A stretch of 61,272 nucleotides of DNA from Octopus bimaculoides. Its lineage: Eukaryota. Positions 11,306 through 24,194 of the stretch are shown here, piece after piece. A program made the position numbers and the translations under genes. Below the pieces are notes generated by a model. It worked only from the letters and a program-made list of their open reading frames with translations. It did no database searches and was not told the origin of the DNA. The first letter of the stretch is position 1; the number at the start of each line of letters is the position of its first letter. The stretch is from contig NC_068997.1 of the NCBI RefSeq assembly GCF_001194135.2, forward strand, positions 12,871,036 to 12,932,307, in the 5' to 3' direction.

Positions 11306-11428
11306 GATTAGAGGATTCAAAATCTTATAATCAAGGTAACGGTGGCTTTGATTATCAGTCAAAATAACTGTGCTGGTTCAAGTATCCTATCTTAAACAAT
11401 CATTTACGGTTATGTATTGTAATAATAA

Positions 11429-11492
<64 letters not shown>

Positions 11493-11537
11493 GTAATCTT
11501 TATAGTTCTTATTCTTATTGTCATTATTGTTGTTATT

Positions 11538-11742
11538 AAAGGTGTCGAGGTGGCAGAATCATTAGCATGCCGAGCAAAATGTTTAGCGGTATATTGTCTG
11601 TCTTTACGCATTGAGTTCAAATCCCGCCGAAGCCGACTTTGCCTTTCTTCCTTTCGGGGTCGATAAAATAAGAACCAGTTGAATACCGGGGCCAATGTAA
11701 TCGAATTACGTCCTTCCCCGAACTTGCGGGTCTTGTGCCAAA

Positions 11743-11745
<3 letters not shown>
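11538..11745 (+). mobile_element. SINE family A (tail-2 type) between (AAT)n and (ATT)n tracts
   Basis: ggtggcagaatcattagcatgccg...gagttcaaatcccgccg...ggggtcgataaaataag...gggtcttgtgccaaaa. Confidence 0.85.
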
Positions 11746-11783
<38 letters not shown>

Positions 11784-11855
11784 CAATTTTGTTTCATTTT
11801 TTGCAGAGTGTCTTCCCGACGCCTACAGCTGCCAAAATTTGAAACCAATATTTAT

Positions 11856-11990
11856 AAGGCGGTGAGCTGGCAGTATCATTAAAACTCCGAGCAAAGTGCT
11901 TTGCAGCATTCCGTTCCTCTTTGCGTTCTGTGTTCAAAGTCCGTTGAGATCGATTTTGCTTTACATCCTTACCGGGTCGATAAAAATTGC
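11856..11990 (+). mobile_element. SINE family A, 5' portion
   Basis: aaggcggtgagctggcag...gttcaaagtccgttgagatcgattttgctttacatcc...gggtcgataaaa. Confidence 0.75.
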
Positions 11991-12676
11991 ACTATAAAAA
12001 GAGAAACATTAGACAATATAGTCCTAGATACTCTTATTCTACAAGCAAAGAGTCTAAGAGAGAAATTGATCTCAGTATAAGTACATTACTTGCGGACCCC
12101 GGAAGGAGAAAATACGTAATTTGATCTCAGTGGTATTTGAACCCGTATCCGCAGCGAGAGGAATGAACACGGCAAGGATGTCTATCCGGCGCTCAGACTA
12201 CTGAGACAATGTTCCGCCTCACACTTGGTATGGAGCAGAATTCTTCCTGCCGATTTGTTTTTAAAGGAAGAAGACAACAACAATATTAAGAACAACAACA
12301 ACGACAACAAAACGGAGCAACAAAAGTACTGAGAACAAAAAATAACAATAACAACAACGGTACCACCACCACCACCACCATCATCACCACCATCAACAAC
12401 AGCAAGGACAACAACAACAAGTACAATAACAGGAATATCATGTACGAGCTAAAACAGAAAAATGCCTGCCCAATGTCCGAGCAAGCAATTATTTCTAAAA
12501 CCATTTCAGTAACGATATGGATCGCTTTGTATTGTAAGCAGTCGTAGTAGCTTATCGCCAAATTAATGAGTCTTTTCAAAGTGTGGCTAGCGAATGTTAG
12601 GTACAGTAGTTAACATGGTGAAGCTTTTCATTGGACAGTAAATGTAATTATTAACATCATAATGAATGAACGAATG

Positions 12677-12734
<58 letters not shown>

Positions 12735-13197
12735 AGATAAAGAAAGAAGGAGATAATAAGAAAGAAACAAATAATGAACGAGAAAAAGTAAGAGGAATTA
12801 GTTAAATGAAATAAAGAAAAACACACAAATAAGAAACAGAACAAAACAGAAATAAGCAAGAAGAGAAAATGAAGGTTTCGTAATTAAATTCTTGAAGCTA
12901 ATTCAGATGTGAGATAGAGAAATAGAATGTGTTTGCGTGTGTATGTGTGTGTGTATGCGTGTCTGTGAGAAAGAGAGAGAGGGGGGGGGAAGAAAGAGTG
13001 AGAAAGAAAGTAGGAGAGAAAGAGAGAGAAAGACAGAGACAGAAGTAGATTAGATGGGAAGGTAGATAGTTAATGAAACTGAAGGAGAATAGGTAGACAA
13101 ATAGATAGACTGATATATAGATAACGATATACATAGAATGCTTAATAGAATATATGAGTGCATACACACATACACACACACGTATATGTATTTGCAC

Positions 13198-13237
<40 letters not shown>

Positions 13238-13247
13238 NNNNNNNNNN

Positions 13248-13286
<39 letters not shown>

Positions 13287-13472
13287 GATAGATATAGTTT
13301 AGGACAATCAGTAAGCTATCATAATAGGACTCAGAGTTTCAAATGCCGGAGCTATAGATAGATAGATATAGGCTGATATATGCTTTTTTTAAATGTATGC
13401 GTCTGTGGATGTGGTGCTATCAATAAACAGGGAAAGGAAGCCGCGCGTACGTGCGTGCGTGTGCGTGTGTGC

Positions 13473-13511
<39 letters not shown>

Positions 13512-13569
13512 GAGAGAGAGAAAATGGGAGAGAGAGAGAAAATGAGAGAGAGAAGGAGTGAGAGAAAAT

Positions 13570-13600
<31 letters not shown>

Positions 13601-13949
13601 AGGAACAGGAGTGAAATAGGAGCGTAAGATAGATAGAGAAGGAGGGAAACGTGGGAGGGAGTTGGAGAGATTGTTAGAAAGATAATAATGGTAAATATGG
13701 AAGAAGTACTTTTAGTGTTAGTGTTAATTTCTGTATAATTTGTTTTACATTAACTTGTCATTTGTAACATGTTTCGTTACTAACATTGGTGATTATTGTT
13801 CTTCGAATATATTTGTACTCCGACTGAATACTCTACAGCTTCACTAATTCTCCATGCTATCGCCCTATTGTGTCCAGCAGTCTAGTGACGGATGAAGCTC
13901 AACGTTGTTATTCGTGGTTAATATATGGGTTCAAAGTGAAAGCAGGGTG

Positions 13950-14165
13950 CTGGCAAGATCGTTAGCACGTTGGGCTAAAATGTTTAGCGGCATTTTGTCC
14001 TTCACATTCTGAATTCATGATTTCAAATTCCACTGAGTTCGACGTTACCTTTCATCCCTTGCGTGGTCGATAAAATGAGTACCAGTCGAACACTGGGATC
14101 GACGTAATCGACTCAATCCCTCCACTGAAACTGTTGCCTTTGTACAAAAATTTGTAATCAATATT
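13950..14165 (+). mobile_element. SINE family A (tail-2 type), degenerate
   Basis: ctggcaagatcgttagcacg...ggtcgataaaatgagtaccag...gatcgacgtaatcgact...ccttgtacaaaaatttg. Confidence 0.8.
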
Positions 14166-14575
14166 TGGGCTGAGAAGGCTCTTGCGTTTGTTAACAAAAC
14201 GTATTCAAACAACTCCCAAGGGGAAAACAAACAAGAAAATATAATTTTAGTGGGATTTGAAGTCAAAACATAAAAAAGAGCTAAGTAAATATTAAAAAAA
14301 ATGTTGTGCTGCTGTTGTTTAACCCCAGGTCAGCATGGATTGAGAACAGCTATCATTAAAAGCGATTCAAACGTTCTTCTTCCTTTCAGAAATAATGTAT
14401 TTAAAGTACATTATACAAATTATATAAATTAACCCTCCTGTATACAGACAGTTGTAGGGTATGCTTTGAGGACGTTTTGGATGTTATTTCTGGCAGATTG
14501 AAGGGAAGTGAGTACGTACATTCATGAGGTCACAAATAGAGCTTGTAATTTCGTACGACACTTTAATGTCCTTAC

Positions 14576-14626
14576 CATTCCAATGTCTTTTGTAACTTAA
14601 CCTATTGATTGATGGTAAGTAATTTG
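14576..14626 (-). CDS. Candidate 51-nt internal exon (phase 1-1; xNYLPSINRLSYKRHWNx)
   Basis: Acceptor ccttgttatccttctgtag, donor AATG|gtaagg; length is a multiple of 3 and one frame is open. Confidence 0.2.
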
Positions 14627-16083
14627 CTACAGAAGGATAACAAGGTGAAGGCCAAACGTAGTTTCACTGTTAATTGGTTGTGGGCGCATGCGTGTTTTTG
14701 TGTGTATGCACGTGTATGTATATAACGTGCATGTGTATAGACAAACACATATATTCATACACACACATACACTCACATGTGTGTGTTAAGAAACAAATTG
14801 CTCGACCAGTATAAAATTATAGAGAAGCTAAGTAAATTAACAATATATATAAGGAAATAGGGCAGGTTGAACAATGAAATACATTAGTTACAATACATAT
14901 ATACACATACACACACACACATACACACACGCACATATGTATGTTTGTGTGTGCACTGTATGTACAAACACACACACAGATATATTCATATATATATACA
15001 TACACACACTACACACACATAAATGTTCTTTTACTTTTCGTGTGGAAGAGGGTGACATAGACTGATACATGTTGGTGTGTAGGTAAATACATAGAACTAT
15101 ATTTATGTGTGTGTATATGTGCGCGTGTGTATATGTACGCGCTGAGACAGAGTGAAAGGTAGAGAAACCGAGGGAGCGAGAGAGAAAGAAGATTGAGAGA
15201 GAGAGACAGAGAGAAAGAGAGAGGGAAGAGAAAGAAAGAGAGAAGGTAAAATAAAAGGAGAAACAGTGAAAGACGATCGTGGGGTTATATCTTTTACAAA
15301 TTTAGTTTCTGCCAACGGTCACTTTTGTTTGTCGTTATGTACTGTTTCTAGAATATGGCTTTATTTGTTCCAATGTACAATAGAGGAGTTAACGGAATTG
15401 CAACGAATATCCTGTCAACGGCGTTAACTAAGTCAAGAGATATTTGTAAATGTTGATTATATTAGATGGACTTTTCAATGCTTTTGTATATGTGCCTACT
15501 TTTTTAGCCTTTCTTTTGTATGTTTTTTTTCTTTACTTCCTAATGAATTCCAACAAAAGCTTCTTATAACGAACTTAATGAAACTTAGTAACAGCAAATT
15601 GTTTTCTTGGAGACTAAGTGCAGCATGATAAGTAACTAAGTTGAGTTATGCTTTTCTGTTTCTTGGTTGCTGTTTTCATTATTTATTTCTTTATATTTCC
15701 TTACGCTTTCTTTCTTTTTCTTCTTCTTTTTTTTTCTTGTATTTCAGAATACTCGTTAATATAATTCCTTTTGTTTGTTGGTATTAACTTTATATATTAT
15801 TTTCTCCGTAATGTATTAGACAATTTACAGAGAAAAGATGGCTTGTGTCCATTCACAATAGGATCATCAGTAGAAAGACAAACGCAAACGTGACGAACAG
15901 AAGATTTATGAAGAAAGAAACGGCATAAAGTTCGCGGCGCTCACTGTAAAAGTTGTTACACAAAGGTAAATATGCCCTCTGGTGTGTTATAACGTGTATG
16001 ATGCTTGTGTGTGTGTGTATATGTTTGTATGCATGTATGCATTAATACATATTGCTTGTATATGAATGCATATATATACGTAA

Positions 16084-16149
<66 letters not shown>

Positions 16150-16242
16150 GTATATATACACACACACACACGCACACAGACGCAGACACACATATGTATA
16201 TTCACATGCACACACACACACAAACATACACATATATACATA

Positions 16243-16378
16243 GGCGCAGGCGTGGCTGTATAGTAAGAAGCTTGCTTCCCAACCACATGGTTCCGGGTTC
16301 AGTCACACGGCGTGGCATCTTGGGCAAGTATCTTCTACTATAACCTCGGGCGGACCAAAGCCTTGTGAGTAGATATAC

Positions 16379-16422
<44 letters not shown>

Positions 16423-16631
16423 GTTTGTCCTCCACCATCACTTGACAACCGATGTTGGTGTGTTTACGTCCTCGTAACTAATCGCTTCGGCAAAAGTGGC
16501 CGAGAGAACAAGCACTAGGCTTACAAAGAATAAGTCCTGGGATCGATTTGCTTTACTAAAGGCGGTGCTCCAGCATGACCGTAGCGCAGTCAGATGACTG
16601 AAACTAGTAGAAAGACTAAAAAGAATAAAAG
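16243..16631 (+). mobile_element. Full-length SINE family B/C (CORE-like segment) with an internal microsatellite
   Basis: tRNA-like head ggcgcaggcgtggctg...gggttcagtc; CORE-like catcttgggcaagtatcttct; internal (TACA)n(TA)n at about 16372-16420; 3' half ends ggcggtgctccagcatg...gactgaaac...aaagactaaaaagaataaaag. Confidence 0.85.
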
Positions 16632-16659
16632 GAATACACACACACACACACAGAGACAC

Positions 16660-16732
16660 AGAATCGCAGCCCGGTCAGGGGTTCGAACTCACGACCTCAC
16701 AAGTCGCTCTAACCACTGAGCCGTGCGCCTTC
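16660..16732 (-). mobile_element. tRNA-derived SINE head fragment (not a tRNA gene)
   Basis: Reverse strand reads gaaggcgcacggctcagtggttagagcgacttgtgaggtcgtgagttcgaacccc: A and B boxes are present but the anticodon arm is truncated and there is no acceptor-stem pairing. Confidence 0.7.
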
Positions 16733-17389
16733 ACATACACCTATATTGCACAAAATAATCACTGGTATTCTATACAAATCTAGTTACTGAATCTTACTCA
16801 AATTAAAAGCTTTACATAGACTCGGGTGTCTAATTCTAGCGATAAGAATCCTCCACATGTACACAAAAAATCTTCTCAGTTTGACAAAACGTCAGTTGAT
16901 TTCAGGCAAATTTTCTTCAAGTTTTGATGTTCATTCCCCGAAGCCTATGAATATAAAATCCATCTCAAAACATTGTGAAATATGAAATACATATAACTAT
17001 CATTATACAGGTAAAAAAAAAAAAATTCTTTGTTGCTAACTTAGAATTTGTTTGCAACAATGAATGTCCTTAAATATCGCAAAGCATTATATAACTCAAC
17101 ATTTTAGTTACTATCTCGTTTATTCGTTAAGAAGCTGGACGATGTTATGTTTGCGCATGAAAAGAAACGTAGTGAAAATATATAAATTGATATAAAAATA
17201 ATTAAAAACCAGAAAAGCTTTCTTTATCGTTGTTCTTGTTATTCTTCTTCTTCTTATTATTATTATCATGATTATTATTATTGTTTACTAAATAGAAAAG
17301 GAATAGAATAATGAGTAAAGGAAAACATCACTACACGTTTAAAAATAAGAAATGATACCTACATACATACACATATATAGATACATATA

Positions 17390-17433
<44 letters not shown>

Positions 17434-17434
17434 G

Positions 17435-17469
<35 letters not shown>

Positions 17470-17963
17470 TAAACTTTGTAAAAGCAAAATGCTTAAACAA
17501 GAGAGATACATGCTAAAGCAGAAAGAATTAGTAGGTATGAATAACGTTCACCCTTATGCGAACAATACACAATCTGTTCAGAGCCAAACCAAAGAAATCA
17601 AAGTCATTGTCATGCGAATATGAATAAAAGGAAAGGAAAAAGAAAAAAAAAGAAAAGGAATTGATCGAAACAACAATTGAGAGAAAAAAAAAATACAAGA
17701 ATTCTCGGGGAAAAATATTATAAAAAATAAATAAATACAAAGCTAAAATGACTCTTTGCATGGAATTATATAAAGAACAATGCAAATATACATACATATA
17801 TACATACACACATACATACATACAAACATACATACATACATACATGCAAACATACATATATACATAAATATATATATCAAATATATACATAGGTGTATGT
17901 GTGTATACGCAGACATACTTACATATATACATATATATGTCTGTGCATATAAGCATACACACT

Positions 17964-18000
<37 letters not shown>

Positions 18001-19419
18001 NNNNNNNNNNNNNNNNNNNNNNNNNNNNNNNNNNNNNNNNNNNNNNNNNNNNNNNNNNNNNNNNNNNNNNNNNNNNNNNNNNNNNNNNNNNNNNNNNNNN
18101 NNNNNNNNNNNNNNNNNNNNNNNNNNNNNNNNNNNNNNNNNNNNNNNNNNNNNNNNNNNNNNNNNNNNNNNNNNNNNNNNNNNNNNNNNNNNNNNNNNNN
18201 NNNNNNNNNNNNNNNNNNNNNNNNNNNNNNNNNNNNNNNNNNNNNNNNNNNNNNNNNNNNNNNNNNNNNNNNNNNNNNNNNNNNNNNNNNNNNNNNNNNN
18301 NNNNNNNNNNNNNNNNNNNNNNNNNNNNNNNNNNNNNNNNNNNNNNNNNNNNNNNNNNNNNNNNNNNNNNNNNNNNNNNNNNNNNNNNNNNNNNNNNNNN
18401 NNNNNNNNNNNNNNNNNNNNNNNNNNNNNNNNNNNNNNNNNNNNNNNNNNNNNNNNNNNNNNNNNNNNNNNNNNNNNNNNNNNNNNNNNNNNNNNNNNNN
18501 NNNNNNNNNNNNNNNNNNNNNNNNNNNNNNNNNNNNNNNNNNNNNNNNNNNNNNNNNNNNNNNNNNNNNNNNNNNNNNNNNNNNNNNNNNNNNNNNNNNN
18601 NNNNNNNNNNNNNNNNNNNNNNNNNNNNNNNNNNNNNNNNNNNNNNNNNNNNNNNNNNNNNNNNNNNNNNNNNNNNNNNNNNNNNNNNNNNNNNNNNNNN
18701 NNNNNNNNNNNNNNNNNNNNNNNNNNNNNNNNNNNNNNNNNNNNNNNNNNNNNNNNNNNNNNNNNNNNNNNNNNNNNNNNNNNNNNNNNNNNNNNNNNNN
18801 NNNNNNNNNNNNNNNNNNNNNNNNNNNNNNNNNNNNNNNNNNNNNNNNNNNNNNNNNNNNNNNNNNNNNNNNNNNNNNNNNNNNNNNNNNNNNNNNNNNN
18901 NNNNNNNNNNNNNNNNNNNNNNNNNNNNNNNNTATATATATATATACATATATATATATATTTATAAGAAATATTAAAAAAAAAATGAAAGAAAAGAATA
19001 AAATGAAAGTCAAAAAAAAAAATTGTGTAAAAGAAGCAGGTAATATTTCGAAATGGCAACTGACTCAAAGAAGGTCCATTAATCCATCAAAAACTGATTG
19101 TTTACTTCGGAGAATATAAGAAAAACAAAGTCGTGAAAAATAATGTCCAACAACAACAACATGGACAAGAAGCCATCAAATATCACTGTTTGTTTTGTTA
19201 TTCGCATGCGCATGGGTGTGATTATGCATACACATAAAATAGATATATATATATAAGGTATCAAATTATGTCAATTTGCACACTGTACGCTCATTTACAC
19301 AAACGTACTTTGCTCTTTCATGTTACGTATGGTGTATGAACTATTAAATTAAATATGGTCAGATCCGACGTATTATGATTTACATTTATAGGCACATACA
19401 TGCTTACATATAGACATAG

Positions 19420-20290
19420 CACACATACATACATACATACATACATACTTAGATACATACTTTCACACATACATATATGCTAACATACATATAAACTAAA
19501 CCTACATACCAAACACACCATACATTTACGTAGATAAATACACATAAAAATTCATAAGCACACACGCGCTCATATACATACGTATAAAAACACATAAAAG
19601 GAAACTTACACATATGCATACAAAGAAACACAAAAGCGCACACACACACATACCCAAATGCATACAGTCACACGCATGCACATGCATAATTGACTGCCTC
19701 GTATATAAACTAATGCACACACTTAGCCATATATTTTTGATACATCTGTACTACATTTCACACACACACATTTTTATAGAAGTATGGCATATATACATGT
19801 ATATATATATATGTGTGTGTGTATATATATATGAATATGTATGTGTATGTGTATATATGTATATATATGTGCGTATGTATGTGTGTGCAAGTGCGTGCGC
19901 GTGTTTATGTGCGTATATACATGTATGTATTGATATATATATATATATATATGTATGTTTATACATATACATATACACATATACACACGTATATAAAGCA
20001 TAAAAGGGCGAGAGAGAGAGAGAGAGAAGTAAAAGAGGGAGAGCAAACCAATGGATATGTATAATTGTAATACATCGAATATATTTAATGCATATGTATG
20101 TTATTTTAAGTATGTATGTGTGTGTGTTTGTGTGTGTGAATATGTATGTGTATGTTATGTATACACATATATGTGCATACATGTTTATATACATATATAT
20201 GTATATATATGTATCTACAATTATACATACATATATATTATATATATGTGTATGTGCGTGCGTGTGTGTGTGTTTATGCATACGTATAAG
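19420..20290. repeat. Long mosaic (CA)/(TA)/(TG) low-complexity tract
   Basis: Direct reading. Confidence 0.9.
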
Positions 20291-20402
20291 TATACTGAAG
20301 AAAGCTATGAAAAAAAAATAGACATAGCAGCTGAAAGTAACTCCGGATGGCTATGATTGATAAGAGGACATAACTGGAACTCTTCTGTAGGTGAAGACTT
20401 AC

Positions 20403-20422
20403 TCAGTCCTCGCTGCCCAGCT
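20403..20422 (-). CDS. Candidate 20-nt microexon (AGCTGGGCAGCGAGGACTGA)
   Basis: Strong acceptor ccccttgttctgttcgctttcaccag and perfect donor gtaagt (20402-20397) in non-repetitive, GC-richer sequence. Confidence 0.22.
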
Positions 20423-20686
20423 CTGGTGAAAGCGAACAGAACAAGGGGCGAAATGCTTATGACTCTGAGATACCTGCTGCCGATACAGAATCGTTTCGAG
20501 CATTGTAATAGATTTAGAAGTGTTTTCAAACCACCTGAGTGGCTTCTGTTTTTTCGTCGTGAGGAAGAACATCTCTGATCCTTATTTCCTTTATTTATTT
20601 AACCCACACGTATATGAATGTGTGTATAAATGCGAACTACCTTGATTACACTAATTGCTTAACGTTGCTCTCCTCAGATATAGATG

Positions 20687-20842
20687 CATTCTTTTATTTT
20701 CTACTCTAGGCACAAGGCCCGAAATTTTAGGGGAATAGGCCAGTCAATTAGATATAAGTCCTGGGGTAGATTTGCTCGACTTAAGGTGGTGCTCCAGCAT
20801 GGCCGCAGTCAAATGACTGAAACAAGTAAAGGAGTAAAAGAT
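20687..20842. mobile_element. Back-to-back fusion of a family A tail-2 end (minus) and a family B/C 3' end (plus)
   Basis: ctactctaggcacaaggcccgaaatt...gccagtcaattagat is joined directly to ataagtcctgggg...ggtgctccagcatggccgcagtcaaatgactgaaacaagtaaa. Confidence 0.75.
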
Positions 20843-20911
20843 TTTATATATACAGTGTTCAAAACGTCTCTCCGCAGCGATTTTTTAAATCTCGCACAAT
20901 ATAGATATACA

Positions 20912-21052
20912 TATATACGACGTGCTTCTTTCAGTTTCCATCTACTAAATCCACTCACAAGGCTTTGGTCGGCCCGAGGCTATAATAGAAGACACTTGCC
21001 CAAGTTGCCACGCAGTGGGACTGAACCCGGAACCATGTGGTTGGAAAGCCAC
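20912..21052 (-). mobile_element. SINE family B/C, 5' half
   Basis: ttctttcagtttcc...aatccactcacaaggctttggtcggcccgaggctat...gacacttgcccaag...gggactgaacccggaaccatgtggttgg. Confidence 0.85.
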
Positions 21053-21775
21053 TGAGAATTTTGATTTCTAACCTACAGGTACGTCTTCAAATTTAGGCAA
21101 TCACTATAGTCAAATACATCAAAATGACTCTCAGCAGATACTAATTTTATCGAATCACAAGTGACTGAAATGCAAAAATTACGCTCAGTAGGATTTGAAC
21201 TCAAAACGCCAATGGACTTAACGAAATACAACTTATCACTTCTGCCAATCCAGCGACCTTTAAACTAGCGAGATATTGACCGTCCGTATGTAATATTGTA
21301 GTTTTTGACATCTACGTTGTTTTCCGATGTAAATATCCTTAGATCAGCAACATATACGACACATCAAACTATTTCCGCCTTCATCTTGTCATCGACGCTA
21401 ACGTAAATTGATATGTCACTGCTTTATTTGATTTTTTTTTACTCCTTCTTACTGCTATGTCGCAGGTTCCGGTCACATGATTACATATATATTTAGACCG
21501 ACGCCAAAAGTCTTTCTCTTTCCTCAAGCTCTAACACACACACATATACAACTACAGCAACAACGATAACAACTACAACAACAACAACACACAAACGTGC
21601 GCACGCATATAGACACTCTCACACATATTAGTATATCGTTGCGTATATATCCTGGATCAACGATTGCTAATAGGTATTAACATACAAACACCTACAAGCC
21701 TGCACATATGCATACACGCATACATACATACATACATACATACATACATACACACACATATACATNNNNNNNNNN

Positions 21776-21824
<49 letters not shown>

Positions 21825-22439
21825 GTGTGTGTACATGAGTGCGTATATAAATATAATTATCTCTTCATACATATACGTATGTAATTATGTACATATATAT
21901 ATATATAAAAGTGTGTGTACGTATGTATGTCATGTCATGTCTTTGAAAAAAAAAAAAGAACCAATTTAAGATGCTTGTCATAAAGTGAGATATAAAGAAG
22001 ATTGTGGAAAATACGTTCTCGATGTTCTTGCCATTAGTTAATGTCAGTATAGCTTTTGATTTTTGACACGAGTAAAAACCTTTGCTGGACCTCAAAGGCA
22101 AAGCTGGCTGGTATTTTTCAATGATTGTTCGCTAGATTTTACGTGGTCGGTGAATCTTTGAAAATCGATTATAATAAATGCGCCAATAACGCAAGCTGGG
22201 CAAGAAGATTTTGCAATTTTTAGCCACATCCGTCTCTTTCGGACATAATGCTTCTGCATAGCTGACCATTATAATCTTCAGTTATTAACTCCACCGCCAA
22301 AAGTGGTAGGTGTGCTTAACGTTATATTGCGATGTGTGCGCATGTATATTCATTCTCTCTGTGTATTTATTCGTCCTTTTGTTCAAAATGGCTGGCAGGT
22401 CTTCCTGTCGCCATGACGGTCGTTGAGTCTGTCTATCTG

Positions 22440-22496
<57 letters not shown>

Positions 22497-22511
22497 ACCT
22501 GCATATATTTA

Positions 22512-22543
<32 letters not shown>

Positions 22544-24157
22544 NNNNNNNNNNNNNNNNNNNNNNNNNNNNNNNNNNNNNNNNNNNNNNNNNNNNNNNNN
22601 NNNNNNNNNNNNNNNNNNNNNNNNNNNNNNNNNNNNNNNNNNNNNNNNNNNNNNNNNNNNNNNNNNNNNNNNNNNNNNNNNNNNNNNNNNNNNNNNNNNN
22701 NNNNNNNNNNNNNNNNNNNNNNNNNNNNNNNNNNNNNNNNNNNNNNNNNNNNNNNNNNNNNNNNNNNNNNNNNNNNNNNNNNNNNNNNNNNNNNNNNNNN
22801 NNNNNNNNNNNNNNNNNNNNNNNNNNNNNNNNNNNNNNNNNNNNNNNNNNNNNNNNNNNNNNNNNNNNNNNNNNNNNNNNNNNNNNNNNNNNNNNNNNNN
22901 NNNNNNNNNNNNNNNNNNNNNNNNNNNNNNNNNNNNNNNNNNNNNNNNNNNNNNNNNNNNNNNNNNNNNNNNNNNNNNNNNNNNNNNNNNNNNNNNNNNN
23001 NNNNNNNNNNNNNNNNNNNNNNNNNNNNNNNNNNNNNNNNNNNNNNNNNNNNNNNNNNNNNNNNNNNNNNNNNNNNNNNNNNNNNNNNNNNNNNNNNNNN
23101 NNNNNNNNNNNNNNNNNNNNNNNNNNNNNNNNNNNNNNNNNNNNNNNNNNNNNNNNNNNNNNNNNNNNNNNNNNNNNNNNNNNNNNNNNNNNNNNNNNNN
23201 NNNNNNNNNNNNNNNNNNNNNNNNNNNNNNNNNNNNNNNNNNNNNNNNNNNNNNNNNNNNNNNNNNNNNNNNNNNNNNNNNNNNNNTGTGTGTGTGTGTG
23301 TGTGTGTATGTGTGTGTGTGTTTGTGTGTGTTTTTGTACCGTCTTGTCTTGGAAAAGACTGACGATTTTAGGGTTCAAAAGGGTTGCGAAAACCTGGGCA
23401 AAACTTCATCCGACCATCTCACAAACTATGCCCAACGCTGAATGTTAATTCATGTCGTGGTCTGATTTATGCTTTGAGAACACAAAAGGTGACGCCCAAG
23501 GAAAGATAATAATAAAGAGAAGAAAATTAAAAAAACCACACATACGCAAGCAATATTATCGGTCCGTCTCTATGAGACATAGATGAGAGAGAATCCTGTG
23601 TTATTTATAAATATATCCAACTTATACAGTCGTAAATTCTTCACCCCTACATCTCTCTCTCTTTGTCTTTTTCTTCTTTCTTCTCCTTCTTCCTCACCAT
23701 TTCTCTTTCGTTTCACTTTTCAGTTCCATAATTTCATTTTCTCACTCAATTACATATTCTCCTCTCACAAAATCACCACCACCTCCGCCACTACCATAAT
23801 GTTTTCAGATATAATTGAACATAGGAAGGTAGTGGATTGTAGAATCGGTCAGGCACCTTCGGATGAAGTTCTCTGTGGAATTTTTGTTACGTCACTTCTT
23901 TACGTTCTGAGTTCAAATCCTGTTCAAGTTTACAACGTCCACAATTACTTTGCAAAGTAAGTAATAAAATAAAATAAAATAAGTATACCCGATAACCGCC
24001 ATAAAGTAAATATAACTAAAAGCAAAAAGTAAGACATACCTGGATTTGTAACACCAAAGTTGAAAATACATCCACCTAAAGGAAAGAACAGTGAATATAG
24101 AATCAGTGGAGCAACGGGAAAGATGTTCTCTGGTAATTATATTTATTTAGGTCCTAC

Positions 24158-24194
24158 CTGTATATGCGACGATGACTGATTTAACAATTCATAT
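24158..24194 (-). CDS. Candidate 37-nt internal exon (phase 2-0; YELLNQSSSHIQ)
   Basis: Acceptor ttatttgactaacag, donor CAG|gtagga; one open frame. Confidence 0.2.

Noticed and set aside
16660-16732. Possible tRNA gene
   Set aside because: A and B boxes are present but the cloverleaf is incomplete; it is a SINE head.
14690-19216. GCGCATGCG NRF1-like motifs (about 14693 and 19203)
   Set aside because: Expected by chance in alternating purine-pyrimidine tracts; no CpG island or promoter context.
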